A stretch of DNA of 63,266 nucleotides, filler included, from Lophium mytilinum (Eukaryota), in assembly GCA_010093605.1 (NCBI GenBank). It is 14 parts of 4 records of this genome, joined end to end, with 100 filler letters (N's around TTAATTAATTAA, not from the genome) between each part and the next. Parts side by side here need not be neighbours in the genome. Positions count along the whole stretch, not along the records: positions 50,851 to 53,493 come from MU004189.1; positions 53,594 to 55,324 come from MU004189.1; positions 55,425 to 61,945 come from MU004190.1; positions 62,046 to 63,266 come from MU004192.1; 10 more parts are not named here. The stretch is one strand, 5' to 3'. The notes beneath the pieces are model-generated. The model made no database searches. It was not told the DNA's origin and was given only the letters and a program-made list of their open reading frames with translations. Of the stretch, positions 50,751 to 63,266 are shown piece by piece (the stretch's first letter is position 1; the number at the start of each line of letters is the position of its first letter). Both the position numbers and the translations under genes were made by a program.

Positions 50751-52339
50751 NNNNNNNNNNNNNNNNNNNNNNNNNNNNNNNNNNNNNNNNNNNNTTAATT
50801 AATTAANNNNNNNNNNNNNNNNNNNNNNNNNNNNNNNNNNNNNNNNNNNNATAATTAAGTATATAATTAGTAAATAGGCTATATTATAATATAATAGAAG
50901 TAAAGAGTTATATAGCTTAAAAAACTCTACTATCTAATAATTAGTAATAATTAGCCTCTATTTTAATATTTATCTATACCTATTAGCTTTTAGTAATACT
51001 TAATAGATTAGTAATAACTTCTATCTAATATTATCTTCTACTTGCCTAGATTAGTTAATATAGGGAGAAAGACTAATTTCTATATATAGGTGCCCCCCTT
51101 TATTATTTAAGTTAGCGTTATAAGCTCTACTAAATTAGCAGCTAATAGGTTAAGATTCTTAGAATAGAAAGAGAAGTTAGCTATAGCTATCTAAGAAGGT
51201 ACTATACTACTTATTATTACCTAAGCTACTACGCGCCTCTTTACTTTTAATAGTAGCTTATTATCTACTAAAGTTACACCCTATAAGCTAATAGGTAGTA
51301 GTACTAATTTATATATCTTCTTACTATCTACCCTTTTTATAAGTATTACTAATTTAGCTTATACTATAGAATAGCTTACTTATTTACTTTCTTTCTTACT
51401 AAATAAGTACTTTTACCCTCTAGCCCCTCTACTAGCGCGCATACTACCTCTATATAGAGAACGCCTACTTTAATCTATCTAGAAAAACTAGTATTATCTA
51501 CCTATATATTTATTATACTTCTTATCTACTTACTTACTTCTACTAGTGCTAGGCTAACTATAGTCTATATTTAACTAGCCTATATATCTCTCTCTTTTAT
51601 AGCCCTTTACTACTCTAAATAGCGCTTTCTAGAGGCTCTACTTAGTAGTTTCCGCTCTCTCTCTATCTTTTATAGCTTGCGCTCTAATAACTAGGTTAGT
51701 ACGCTTCTTCTTGCGGATTTAGCTTTTCTAGAAGTAGTAGAATTATATAGTTATATTTTATAGGCTATACCTCTAGAATATATATAGATTAGTAATACTT
51801 AGGTTTACCTATTATAGTATACTATAAGGCTAACTTTTAAGTATAGCTTAAAATTAGTAGAGGTAGATTAAAAGTAGATAAAAAAGATAATAGGGTAATA
51901 CTTAAATATTTAGGGAACTAATTACTAACTACTATATAGTACCTATATTCTACTAGGTAATTTAGCTATTAAATGCGCGTTTAAATAAAAGCCTCTTAAT
52001 ATAACTAATATCTTACTAGATATAATAGTACTTAGTTCTAATCTAATTATTAGCCTAATATTATACTAGCCTTAACTCTAACCCTCTAGAAGGTAGCTAC
52101 TACTATAGTAACTTATACCTTCTATAATAATAGCTAATATACTACTAGCGTATATTAGACTAAAGCTCTAAACTCTTTTAATAACCTACTTACTATTAAA
52201 TTATAGCCTCTTCTCTAACTCTAACTATTTTATTTAGAATATAAGCATATCTACCTATACTAATACTAACTAACTATTTAAATATATTAGGCCTAATAGT
52301 AATATATAGTCTAGAATAGTAAAGGCTAATATACTTTAG

Positions 52340-53493
52340 ATAGAGACTAAGTAGTAAGTCTAGCTTATACGCGGTAGTATCTAGACTTAATAGACTAATT
52401 TATATATAGAAAGGTTACTACTAAGCCCTTTTTCTAACTCTACTTTAAAAGTACTAACTAATTCTTTAATCTTCTATATAGTATACGCAAAATTTTAGTT
52501 ATAAGAAATAAATTAAATAAACTATAGGGAGCAGAACTTAAGAAAATACTTACTACTTAAATAACTATAATATAGTCTACTAATAGGTTTAAGTCTATAG
52601 TAACCTTTAAAGAGAAATATAGTAACCTTTAAAAGTGCTAGAAATATACTAAATACTAACTTAATTCTATAGTAAATATTCTAATCTTAAAAGGCTAAAT
52701 AGGGGTAATAAATATCTATACCCTTACTATTATTCTAATAACTATACCTAATACTACCTATATAGTAAAGCTTACTAAGACACTATAAGACTAAGAGCTA
52801 CTAAAGTAAGTTATAATTAAGTACTAATTTAGGATCTCTACTTAAATGCGCCCTAGCCTACCTACTAATATACCGGGTATATAATAGTATACTTACTTTT
52901 ATTATTTTAATCTAGATATATATAAACTATAAAAAGTAGCCTCTATAAATAAGCCTAAGTACTACTATAACCTTACTATTAAGGGCACTCTTAAGGTTCT
53001 TAAGATTCTAGAAAAATACCTACCGCCCTTATTTAGAGGCTAGATAATTAGGTATAATACTAACGCAACCGCTAGTAAAGAGCTAGTAGAGGTCTCTATC
53101 TTTCTTACTATTATTCTAACCTAACTAGCTACCCCTACTAAGCTAGTAGAACTCTATAAGAGGTTAATATAGAATGCTATTTACTATATAAAAGTTTAAG
53201 ATAAGTATAAGTCTTATATTAGTCTATCTTAGAATTTATATTTTAAATAGTATATATCTATTATCTTATATATAATCTATAGAGAATTAGCTAATAGAAG
53301 TCTAGCCTTATAAATATAGCTTATATTTATAGTTCTAGTATTTAGATTACTATATACTAATAAGCTATACTAGATTATATTCTATAGCTAAGTAGACTCT
53401 CTACTTAATACTATCTATACTAATAAGAAGTTTAAGGCTATAATAATAGATAGTTTTACCTAGATATACCTAGTTATATCTATACTAGATACT
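52340..53493 (+). pseudogene. Unidentified intron-containing ORF relic upstream of and co-oriented with the transposase; start approximate
   Basis: Protein-like frame (...TIKGTLKVLKILEKYLPPLFRG...) with a frame-preserving GT...CTAAC...TAG intron at 52622-52672; runs into a gap. Confidence 0.45.
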
Positions 53494-53593
53494 NNNNNNN
53501 NNNNNNNNNNNNNNNNNNNNNNNNNNNNNNNNNNNNNTTAATTAATTAANNNNNNNNNNNNNNNNNNNNNNNNNNNNNNNNNNNNNNNNNNNN

Positions 53594-55324
53594 TAAAGAC
53601 CTAGAGACTAAATATACTATAAGGTTTTACTACTTAACTATTATTTAGATTAAATAGTAATATAATAATAAAGAGCATTTAAAACTTCTACTAAATAAAG
53701 CGCTATATAATATAGAGGCTATAGAGCTTAATATAGAGTTATATATATATTCTATAAATAACTTTACCTAGAAATACCTCTATACTAATATCTACTAGAT
53801 AATAATAATAGATATTCTATACTAACTATTTATAGGCGTTATTTATAACCTTATTAAATAGGTTTAGCTACTAGTAGCAGAGGTCTATACCCTAGTAATT
53901 AGAAGAAAAGATGCCCGTGTCCTAATAGAAAATAAGAGTAGCTTAACCTAGCTAGATAAGTAATTTAAGAATATACCGCCTTTTCTAGGTCTATCTATAT
54001 TTAATAAGAAGAATTTTAGTAAACTTTTATAGTATACTAGCTCTAAATAAAAGTCTATAGCCCGCTAGCTTATAGTAGTAGTAGCACTACTACTAGAAGT
54101 AAAAGCGCTAAACGCGCTCTAGTTTATCTATATAATGCTTAATTTTACTATTCTAGCATAGTATAAAATATATAATAAGGCTATACTAGAGTATATAGAG
54201 CTAGTAATAGCTTAAATTAATATATATAAGTTAGAATTTAGAATATTTAGACCTAGAAATAAGAATAGAAACTATACCTTCTACTACCTAAAATTCTATA
54301 TTATGCAGCACTATATTAATTTTATATAGAAATTTAGCGCCATTAATAGCTATAATACTAGCTTAAATAGCGAAGTAAAATACTAATATCTAGTTAAATT
54401 ATAGTATTAGTTAATAAACTATAAGGACTTTCTACTCTAGATCTACTAATTAAACTAAAGACTTATAAATAACTAGGCTATAAATAATATACTAAACTAC
54501 TAATATTACTATTCTTAACTAGCAGTAATAAGAGATATACTAATGCAATAGACAACAGTATTAGGAAGTATTAATATCTTAAACTTTAAATAGCCTAGAT
54601 ATAATAATTCCTATAAAGGCTAAATAGTATACTATTTAAAAGTAAGTATTAAGTATATAGCTAATATAAGCTAGAAGCTAGACTTTATAGCCGCCGCCGC
54701 TATATTTATTTAAGAAGAGAGGCGTAAGATCTAAGGCTAATATACTAAGCCTAGTAGCCTAGATATATTAAACCCTAATCTATTCTAGGTTAGCTACCTC
54801 TAGCTTAAGTTCCACGCTAGTATTTTATATTAGAAGTAATTAGGTACTAGTAAGAACCTAGAAAGCCTTATAAAAGAAAATCTATAGTATAACTCTAAGT
54901 AGTAAAACTAAAAATAGTAATATAACTATCTATAGGTATAAGAGTATAGCTTAGACTATACTAAAAATAGAAAAACACGCGTTAGTATTACTAATAGAAG
55001 GTTAATAGAGTAGCTATAATTTATAGTAACTATTATAGACTCTATTTTAAAAAGTAAAGATACTCTATAGATAGCATACTCTAGAGTTTTTATTTACTTT
55101 CTAGCGCTAATTAATAATAGAAAGCTATATTATATTTATAGCCTAGTAGAGGTAGCTTTTTAGGCTTTTAATAATAGCTACTACTAATAAAAGCTAGAAG
55201 TATATTAATTCTATTTACTACTATAAGTTCTCTAAAGTATATATATTATACTAGCTACCTCTAGCCTAGACTCTACCTATTTTTTTATTAATAACTATAT
55301 TAACTAGAATTAATATAATATACT
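53594..55324 (+). pseudogene. Plavaka-type transposase, C-terminal half (copy 3)
   Basis: DIL(HQ)LFIGVI ~53810; LDK(R)FKNxPPF(P)GL ~53950; L(D)FTILA(Q)Y ~54140; (P)KF(H)xMQHYxxFI(R)KF(G)AI(DG)Y ~54290-54355; NNYI(DWDQ)YN ~55290. Confidence 0.88.
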
Positions 55325-57543
55325 NNNNNNNNNNNNNNNNNNNNNNNNNNNNNNNNNNNNNNNNNNNNTTAATTAATTAANNNNNNNNNNNNNNNNNNNN
55401 NNNNNNNNNNNNNNNNNNNNNNNNGGCTTAGTAGTAACCTCTCTATATATAGATTAGTCTATTAAGTCTAGGTACTACCGCATATAAGCTAGACTTACTA
55501 CTTAGTCTCTATCTAAAGTATATTAGCCTTTACTATTCTAGACTATATATTACTATTAGGCCTAATATATTTAAATAGTTAGTTAGTATTAGTATAAATA
55601 GATACGCTTATATTCTAAATAAAATAGTTAGGGTTAGAGAAGAGGCTATAATTTAATAGTAAGTAGATTATTAAAAGAGTTTAGAGCTTTAGTCTAATAT
55701 ACGCTAGTAGTATATTAGCTATTATTATAGAAGGCGTAAGTTACTATAGTAGTAGCTATCTTCTAGAGGGTTAGAGTTAAGGCCGGTATAATATTAGGCT
55801 AATAATTAGATTAGAACTAAGTACTATTATATTTAGTAAGATATTAGTTATATTAAGAGGCTTTTATTTAAACGCGCATTTAATAGCTAAATTATCTAGT
55901 AGAATATAGGTACTATATAGTAGTTAATTAGTCCCCTAAATATTTAAGTATTACCCTATTATCTTTCTTATTTACTTCTAATCTATCTCTACTAATTTTA
56001 AGCTATACTTAAGGGTTAGCCTTATAGTATACTATAATAGATAAACCTAAGCATTACTAATCTATATATATTCTAGAGGTATAGCCTATAAAATATAACT
56101 ATATAATTCTACTACTTCTAGAAAGGCTAAATCCGCAAGAAAGAGCGCGCTAACCTAGTTATTAGAGCGCAAGCTATAAGAGATAGAAAGAGAGTAGAAA
56201 CTACTAAGTAGAGCCTCTAGAAAGCGCTACTTAGAGTAGTAGAGGGCTATAAAAGAGAGAGATATATAGGCTAGTTAAATATAGACTATAATTAGCCTAG
56301 CGCTAGTAAAGGTAAGTAAGTAGATAAGAAGTATAATAAATATATAGATAGGTAATACTAGTCTTTCTAGATAGATTAAAGTAGGCGTTCTCTATATAAA
56401 GGCGGTATACGCGCTAGTAGAGGGGCTAGAGGGTAAAAGTACTTATTTAGTAAGGGAGAAAGTAGGTAAGTAAGCTATTCTATAGTATAAGCTAAATTAG
56501 TAATACCTATAAAAAGGGTAAATAGTAAAAAGATATATAAATTAGTACTACTATCTACTAGCTTATAGGGCGCAACTTTAGTAGATAATAAGCTACTATT
56601 AGAGGTAGAGAGGCGCGTAGTAGCTTAGGCAATAATAAGTAGTATAGTACCTTCTTAGGTAGCTATAGCTAACTTTTCTTTCTATTCTAAGAACCTTAAC
56701 CTATTAGCTACTAATCTAGTAGAGCTTATAATACTAACTTAAATAATAGAGGAGGGCACCTATATATAGAAATTAGCCTTCCTTTCTATATTAACTAATC
56801 TAGGTAAGTAGAAGGTAATATTAGGTAGAAGTTATTACTAATCTATTAAGTATTACTAAAAGCTAATAGATATAGATAAATATTAAGGTAAAGGCTAATT
56901 ATTACTAATTATTAAATAGTAGAGTTTTTTAAGCTATATAACTCTTTACTTCTATTATATTATAATATAGCCCGTTTACTAATTATATACTTAATTATGC
57001 GCTACTTTAAACTTTACCTTCTATCTAGCCTTTTAATTCTAATTCTTATCTACTATTCTTACCTATCTTCTCTTTCTTATCCTCCTCCTCCTCTATCTCT
57101 CTCTTTTCTCTCTCTTTTCTTCTTCTCCTTTCTTTCTTATATACTAACTTTCTTTTCTATACTTTAGACTTACCTACGCTTACTATATTTCTAGTACCGC
57201 TCTATAAGTACTTCTTTAATAGATATTATACCTATTTAAAAGTATAACTAAGAGTAGCTACTTCTATTACTAGTATATGCAGATTTATATATCTTCTACT
57301 ATAGTCGCCTTATTTTTTAACGCGCGTAATTCTAAAGTTAATTATACTATAAGTAGCGTCTACTATTATAACTTTATAGGTAAGTAACTACCTTACTTAT
57401 TACTTACTATTACTATTTATCTAATATTATTAGCCTTCCGCCCGCTCTTACCTATATTACTATATAATACTATTCTATCTACTAACTCTACTCTCTTCTA
57501 TCTATCTTTCTTATACTCTAACTTTTTATCTTATTTACCCGAC

Positions 57544-60500
57544 ATGGCTAAAGGATTAGGTTAACGCACTAGTTACTAATAACGCCTCCCCGATAATTAA
57601 AATAATAAGAAGTTTAACCTAGATAAATAGTTATTAAGTATAGACTCTAGTTAAGTAAACTATAATAGTAATTTAGAGCTAGATAAGCTAGATAACTACT
57701 ATAGCTGCTAGCCTTTTTATAGTAGCTACTAATACTCTAGACCTGCTTAGAGAAAGACTATAATATTTCTAGTAGACCTACTATATAATATATCTATATA
57801 GAGTAAAGTAGTATTTAATTTTACTAAGAACTCTAAAGGCTACTTAAGTTAAATAAATATTATAGCTAGCTTAGGTCTAGCTTCTAAGGTATAGTACTAG
57901 ATAGAAGCTAACTTATTTATACTAATAGAGAACTCTAAAGTATACCTATAGGTAAAATATCTTTTATAACTAGGCTAAAATAACTATAGTAAGAATAATA
58001 TCTACTTAAATACTTAGTCTAAAATATATACGCTTTTTATAGATATATAGAGTTATATATTTAAAAAGTCTTCTATATTAGCTAAGTAGAAGTAAGTATA
58101 TTAAATATTAATCTAGTATAAAGTCTATAAGAAATATAAGATGCGGGGTAGTATTATTAAAAGTAATAAAAAGTAGAAGTAGTTTAAGTTAGCCTTATCT
58201 ATAAAGTTAGTTATATTAGTAGGCCTTAGCTCTCTAATAAAATCCCTAGATATTACTACCTAAAATGCCCTATTTAAGCCCTAGCTATTACACGCAGTCC
58301 TTACTATAATATACTAGCTACTATAGTAAAAAAGCACTAGATGCCTTTTTACTTTCTATTTTATAAGGTCTAGTAGTAAAGGCCTAGAGCTAGAAAACTA
58401 TAGCTTTATAAAGTTTCTAGAAGCTATTAATAGAACTTTTATAAACTTTAACCCTCTAGAGCATATTATTATAGTTAATAGAACCTAGAAGTTAATAGAG
58501 AATAATTTCTATCTAACTATACTATTAGAGGAAATAAAGAGTATATCTAAAAAGATAGTACTTAGTTTTATAGTAAAGGGCCTTAATATTAAAAAGGTAA
58601 TATTTAAACTTAAAACTAGATATATATTAATTATTATTAATTATTAAATATTACTACTAACTAATATATAGCTAGGTCTATACTTTCTTAAGTTTCCGCC
58701 CTCTAGTATCCGCCCGGCTAAGAAACGCCCCCGCTGTAGTAAGCCTAAGGCTGCCGCGGCTAAGGGTCTATTTAAATCTACTACCGCTAATACTCTAGAT
58801 AAAATAATTATTAACTTAACTATAAGTCTAGATATATACGCAGCTAATATAGATAGAGTTAATTCTACTATAGAGTAGAATAAAGAGGAGAAGTAGAAAT
58901 AGCTAGTAGATATAGTAAAAGAAGAGAAAGAAAAAAAGAAGAAAGAGCTAGTAGAAATAGCAAAAGTAGAGAGAGAAAAGAAAGAGAAAGAGAAAAAAAA
59001 GAAAGAGTTAGTAGAGAAAGAGCTGGCGGAGAAAGTGCTAGTAGAGAAAGCGCTAGTAGAAATAGTAAAAGTAGAGAAAGAAAGAAAGAAAAAAGAGATA
59101 AAGAAGAAAGAGATAAAGAAGAGAGAGCTAGTAGATATAGTAATAGCGGAGAAGGCTAAAAAGTAAATAGAATAGAAGAAGAGAGAGCTAGCTAAGACTA
59201 TAACTAAAGAGAAAGTAAAGAGATAGAAATAGCTAGAAGAAATAGTAGAGTAAGAGGAATAAAGAAAGTAGAAACTACTAGTAGAGAAGAAGGTATAAAA
59301 GCTATAAATAGAGAAGAAAGTATAACTAATCTAATAGATACTTAATATTATCTAGCTATATACTAAGTTAATATATAATTCTATTTAGCCTAGTATTATC
59401 TATAATAAGGTTATATAGTAGCTTAAGGCACTTAGGCCTAGAACTACTTAGTATTTAACTACCTAAAAATAACTTTATGCGCTTATAGTTACTATAGAGA
59501 GTAGCTAGACTATTTCTAGTAATATCTAAGTTGCGGGGGATATAGTAATTAGTAGTATTAATATTATAGCTACGCTTAAATTTAATATATATAGTCTTAG
59601 TAAGACTAGACCCTCTATAAATATAAATAAGATAATTATAGCTAACGCGGAGAAGATAGATACTATTAATATTACTACTATAATAGCCCTAATATTAAGC
59701 TCTATAAAGAATATCTTAGTAGTAGCATTTAAGAAGATACTATAGTTTTTTAGTTTACCTCTAATATATAGGAATTTTTCTAGTAATATAACTATTAAGC
59801 TACTAGAAATAACTACTAACCTAAAGATGCATGCGGCCCTATACTAGGTAGCCGGGATATATAGTATTATTTAAGGTCTTACTAGTAGAGCGCGTAGGCT
59901 AATTCTTATAGACCTTTCTAGAATAGAAAAAACTCTATAAATATTAATAGTATTTACTACTTATACTAGAAAGGCTAGTACTAATACTCTATATTCTAGT
60001 AGCGTTAAAGGCTATATTATTTAGCTTACTAAGAAGAGTCTACTAAATTAGACCTATAAGAAGGTAAAATACTAGCTAGATATTAAATATAAGAATAAGA
60101 ATTTTAAGGTCTCTAGTAGAAAACTTTATATCTAGTGTATATATAGAAGTATTATAGAGGGTAACCTTACTTCTAAAGACTAGAAGAACCTTAGGCCTAT
60201 CTACTAAGAAATAAATAGTTAGGTGTAGTATAAGCTAAATCTAAAAGTAAAAACCTACCTTATTATTATAAGCGCGGAGACCTTTAATAAAAAATATAAT
60301 AAGAATTTAAACTTACTAGAGACCTTTATAATATTCTATAACCTATTATATAGTAATAAAGTAACCCCTATATATATATATAGGGCCGTTTTTTTTAATA
60401 AGTTCTATCTAGAATTTAATAATATATTTCTATATATTATAGCTTTTAGCTATATTAAGTCTATATAGTATTAGTATATATTCCGCCTAACTATATATAA

Positions 60501-61945
60501 ATAGGTAAATATTAACTATGCGCTTAATTAGGTTTATTAGGGCTAGAACTTAGAAGAGTTTAATAAGGCTGCTAATCTATATAGCTGCCCCGGAGGCTTA
60601 TTCTATAGTAGAACTTCTTTTCTCCGCGGCTCTAAAACTCTATTATATTTAATAGTTATGCTATATAGAGGTTTATAGATACTAACTTAAATAGTAGATC
60701 TAACTAACTTAGATACTAATATTAAAGATAATCTAGATAACACTCTTCTAGATAAGGAGTTAGAGGAAGAGAATATAGATAAAGGGGATAAGTTTAATAT
60801 TTTTTATTAAGGCTCTACCCTCCGGCGTATTAATTAAGGAGACCTTATAGGGGCTAGAGGTTACTACCGCGCCTTAAAAATAGAGAAAAAGCGGCAACTA
60901 TAGAATAATTCTAAATTATCTAGGCGTCTCTAGAGAGTATTAGATATAATTACAGCTATAAGTATCTATAGAATGCTAATAAGCCTTAGCCTAGATAGCC
61001 TTCTTTTAGGGGATATACTACTCTATATTATATAGTAGGTAATAGTTAGTATACTTAACTACTTTAAACCCTTTATTAAGAAGTACTATATAGTTATTAG
61101 AAAGAAATACGTAGACCTTAAAGAAGAGTATAAAGAATAGCTAAGGTATAGAGTAGTAATTAATAAGCCGCCGCCTTTCTTTAGCCTAGGCGCCTTTCTA
61201 ATAGGCTTAGATAAGAGGAGGCTGCCCTAGATTTTTATATTAATTCCTAGGCTAGCTAAGTTAAAGATATAATAGGAAAAGCTTAGCTTAATAAGTAATT
61301 TAACTTTTACTCTAGAAGATATTAAAAATGCGGGCTAGATAGATTATATAGACTTAAAGAGTACCCTTACTAAATAGTATACTAATCTACTAGCTAATTT
61401 AGAGAAGCTAAAGAAGATTAGAAGTATAGTTTAATATATTTAAGCTAAGAAGAAGAAGATACTAATTATCGGCGAGGAGCCTATAGTTAATTTAGTTATC
61501 TATATTATAAGTTACTACCTATCTCTATCTATAATTAGTAATTATTATCTAATAAACTAATATAATTAACTCTAGATAATTATAAAGACTATACTAACTA
61601 AAAAGCTTATATAATTATATTTATTGCTAATAGTTAAGTAACGGAAGCAATTTAATACTAGCTTTAAGCGTAATTAAGATAATCTAGTAGCTATTAATAT
61701 TCTAGTTGTAAACTAGAAGACTAGAGAAGTAGAAGGCTCTAACTTTACTTTTTAATGCACGTGCATAATAGTTATAGAGCTATAAACTATATCTAGCCTT
61801 AAAATATAAATTATATCTAGAGTGTAGTAAAAGAACTAGAGGTCTAATAGAATATATAGTATTATTCTTGCCTATATAGGGGGTAATAACCTAGTAGATG
61901 CGCTAGCTTAGTTTTATATAGTTAATAATAATAAGTTTATATATA
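57544..61945 (+). pseudogene. SNF2-family (SF2) ATPase gene relic, best-preserved copy, >=1400 codons, two probable introns, 3' end in gap
   Basis: Intact ATG at 57544 and one frame throughout. (P)Y(Q)VAG 59839; motif I LIL(A)DL(PG)x(G)KTL(Q) 59899-59940; motif II VFF(DE)F(H) 60388-60408; motif III-like LYL(T)V(TP) 60643-60663; EGSN 61732; motif VI (Q)IxSRVx(R)KN(Q) 61807-61839. Probable introns 58597-58671 and 61507-61575. Confidence 0.8.
58880..59330 (+). repeat. A/G-rich low-complexity tract encoding a Lys/Glu-rich coiled coil in the SNF2 relic
   Basis: EKELVE/EKKEKE-type repeats; same tract at 2600-3050 (-), 41395-41762 (+) and 49970-50420 (-). Confidence 0.8.
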
Positions 61946-63266
61946 NNNNNNNNNNNNNNNNNNNNNNNNNNNNNNNNNNNNNNNNNNNNTTAATTAATTA
62001 ANNNNNNNNNNNNNNNNNNNNNNNNNNNNNNNNNNNNNNNNNNNNACTATTTTTAGTAACGCTTTATTTCTAATTATTATATTTAATCTTTATAATTTTA
62101 TATAGAAGGGACTATTATTCTATTTTTAAGTTTCTATAGCTAGATCTATAATATTAAATAGCGGCTAAACTTAATTAATCTAGTATCTAGTTAAGTGCCT
62201 TAAATAATTTATATTACTATTTCTAGCTATATTCTATATATAGGCGTAGCTTACTATAAGTCTTAACTTTCTATATAGCTTTATAAGTATATTAGAATAA
62301 AGCGTAACTATAGATCTATATAGAATACTCTTAAGAAATTAGTTATATAGTTCTTTACTCTTCTATTATATTTTAGTATTTCTATCTTTTTCTATATACT
62401 ATCTACTTAGAAGCTTATATATATTAGTATAGTATACTTTAATAATAAGCGTAGCTACCTTACCTATCTATAGCGGTGCTAATTACTAATCTTTTTATAC
62501 TCTAGTTCTATTTTTATATTAAATAGCTAGTATATACTATACTATAATACTATACTATAGATACTATATCTCTATATTCTTTTTAGTAAGAGATATCTAG
62601 ATTTAAGCTTTAGTAAATATAGCTTAGAATTAATTTCTAAGGCTAGCTTATAGTTAATTAACGCCTTAAGAGCTAAGTTATAGAAGCGTTATTATCTAAT
62701 CTAAGTACTCTAACTTTAGCTAAGCTATACTATACTTCTTAAGGGAGTTTAATAATCTAAGGCTATATAAGGTTATAGAATTCTAGAGGTCTTTTTAATT
62801 TATCTACTCTTTTTTCTATAGTATAGATAATTAAGTAGAATTACTATATCTAGTAGTAATTTATATAAGGCGGATATAAAAAAATACTAAATAACTATTT
62901 ACTAGCTATTTATCTAGTATTACTATATACCTAGTATTACGCCCGGGGGTAACCTAAAGAGATAGTACCTAAAAAAGAAATACCTAGTAATTAAGATTTA
63001 TAATAGTAAAGGTATTAACTTCTTCTATAGAAAGAACCTAGTAGGGGTAATAAGGCTTACTACTATTATCTAGCCTACTCTTTATAGTAAATTTAGGACT
63101 TACGCTTTCTTTAAGTTACTTAAGTATAGTAAGAAGTACTTAGAACTTAGTTTAAACTCTATAGAATAAGTATCTATCTCTCTAGAGTATAGTATAGTAG
63201 TATTAGAGAATAGTAGTAAGACTATTCTAAAGCTATTTTCTTTTTAATAATTCTCTAGAGCTACCT

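Larger units (their letters stand above)
44988..55324 (+). mobile_element. Family D copy 3 (inverted relative to copy 2), gapped
   Basis: 46240-47572 = revcomp of 43555-44887; 47673-50750 = SNF2 segment (matches about 308-3381); 50851-53493 includes the empty site of element A; 53594-55324 = transposase 3' half. Confidence 0.8.
55425..61945 (-). mobile_element. Family D copy 4 (single contig carrying the SNF2 gene); same orientation as copy 2
   Basis: Reverse complement of copy 1 without the element A insertion; collinear with about 38178-41762. Confidence 0.85.
15167..62045. other. Assembly gaps: thirteen 100-nt spacers (N44-TTAATTAATTAA-N44) and one 10-N gap
   Basis: Spacers start at 15167, 17354, 29731, 30944, 35050, 37436, 41763, 44888, 47573, 50751, 53494, 55325 and 61946; 10-N gap at 40007-40016. 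Confidence 0.98.
1..63266. other. RIP-mutated AT-rich transposon block (probable heterochromatin) of a filamentous ascomycete
   Basis: Pervasive TpA excess and CpA/TpG depletion. Recognisable reading frames are full of TAA/TAG at Gln/Trp/Arg positions. Homologous copies differ almost only by transitions. Confidence 0.95.

Noticed and set aside
57544..61945. Helitron (Pif1), Academ/telomere-linked RecQ or Starship identity for family D
   Set aside because: The helicase motifs (ILAD..G.GKTLQ; Q...R..R..Q) are SNF2-type. No Rep/HUH or tyrosine-recombinase motif was recognised, while Plavaka motifs were.
1..63266. Alternative genetic code (TAA/TAG read-through) or organellar/AT-rich bacterial origin
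   Set aside because: Stops differ between copies by transitions, and non-stop codons are equally altered (GAT>AAT, CCA>CTA), which fits RIP rather than recoding.

Overview
Fungal (RIP-competent ascomycete-type) AT-rich repeat block with no intact gene. TpA is abundant, CpA/TpG are nearly absent, and repeat copies differ almost only by C/T and G/A transitions, the signature of repeat-induced point mutation (RIP). Protein calls below come from manual translation with RIP changes reversed by eye. Most of the window is fragments of at least 4 copies, in both orientations, of one large DNA element (family D, reconstructed >=19 kb). It carries a Plavaka-type transposase with an N-terminal C2H2 finger, a divergently oriented >=1400-codon SNF2-family ATPase gene and several unidentified intron-containing ORF relics. 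Its termini are not visible and no contig directly joins the transposase to the SNF2 gene. Nested in or next to copy 1 are full-length Ty3/Gypsy element A (5813-14454, 200-bp LTRs, TSD TTCTA), a solo LTR (16298-16489, TSD CTATA) and partial Gypsy element C. Element C is split by full-length element B (17610-28663, 186-bp LTRs, TSD GCTAG), which has an extra ~1000-codon ORF between pol and the 3' LTR. Thirteen 100-nt scaffold gaps carry an artificial TTAATTAATTAA linker, so contig order and orientation are uncertain.
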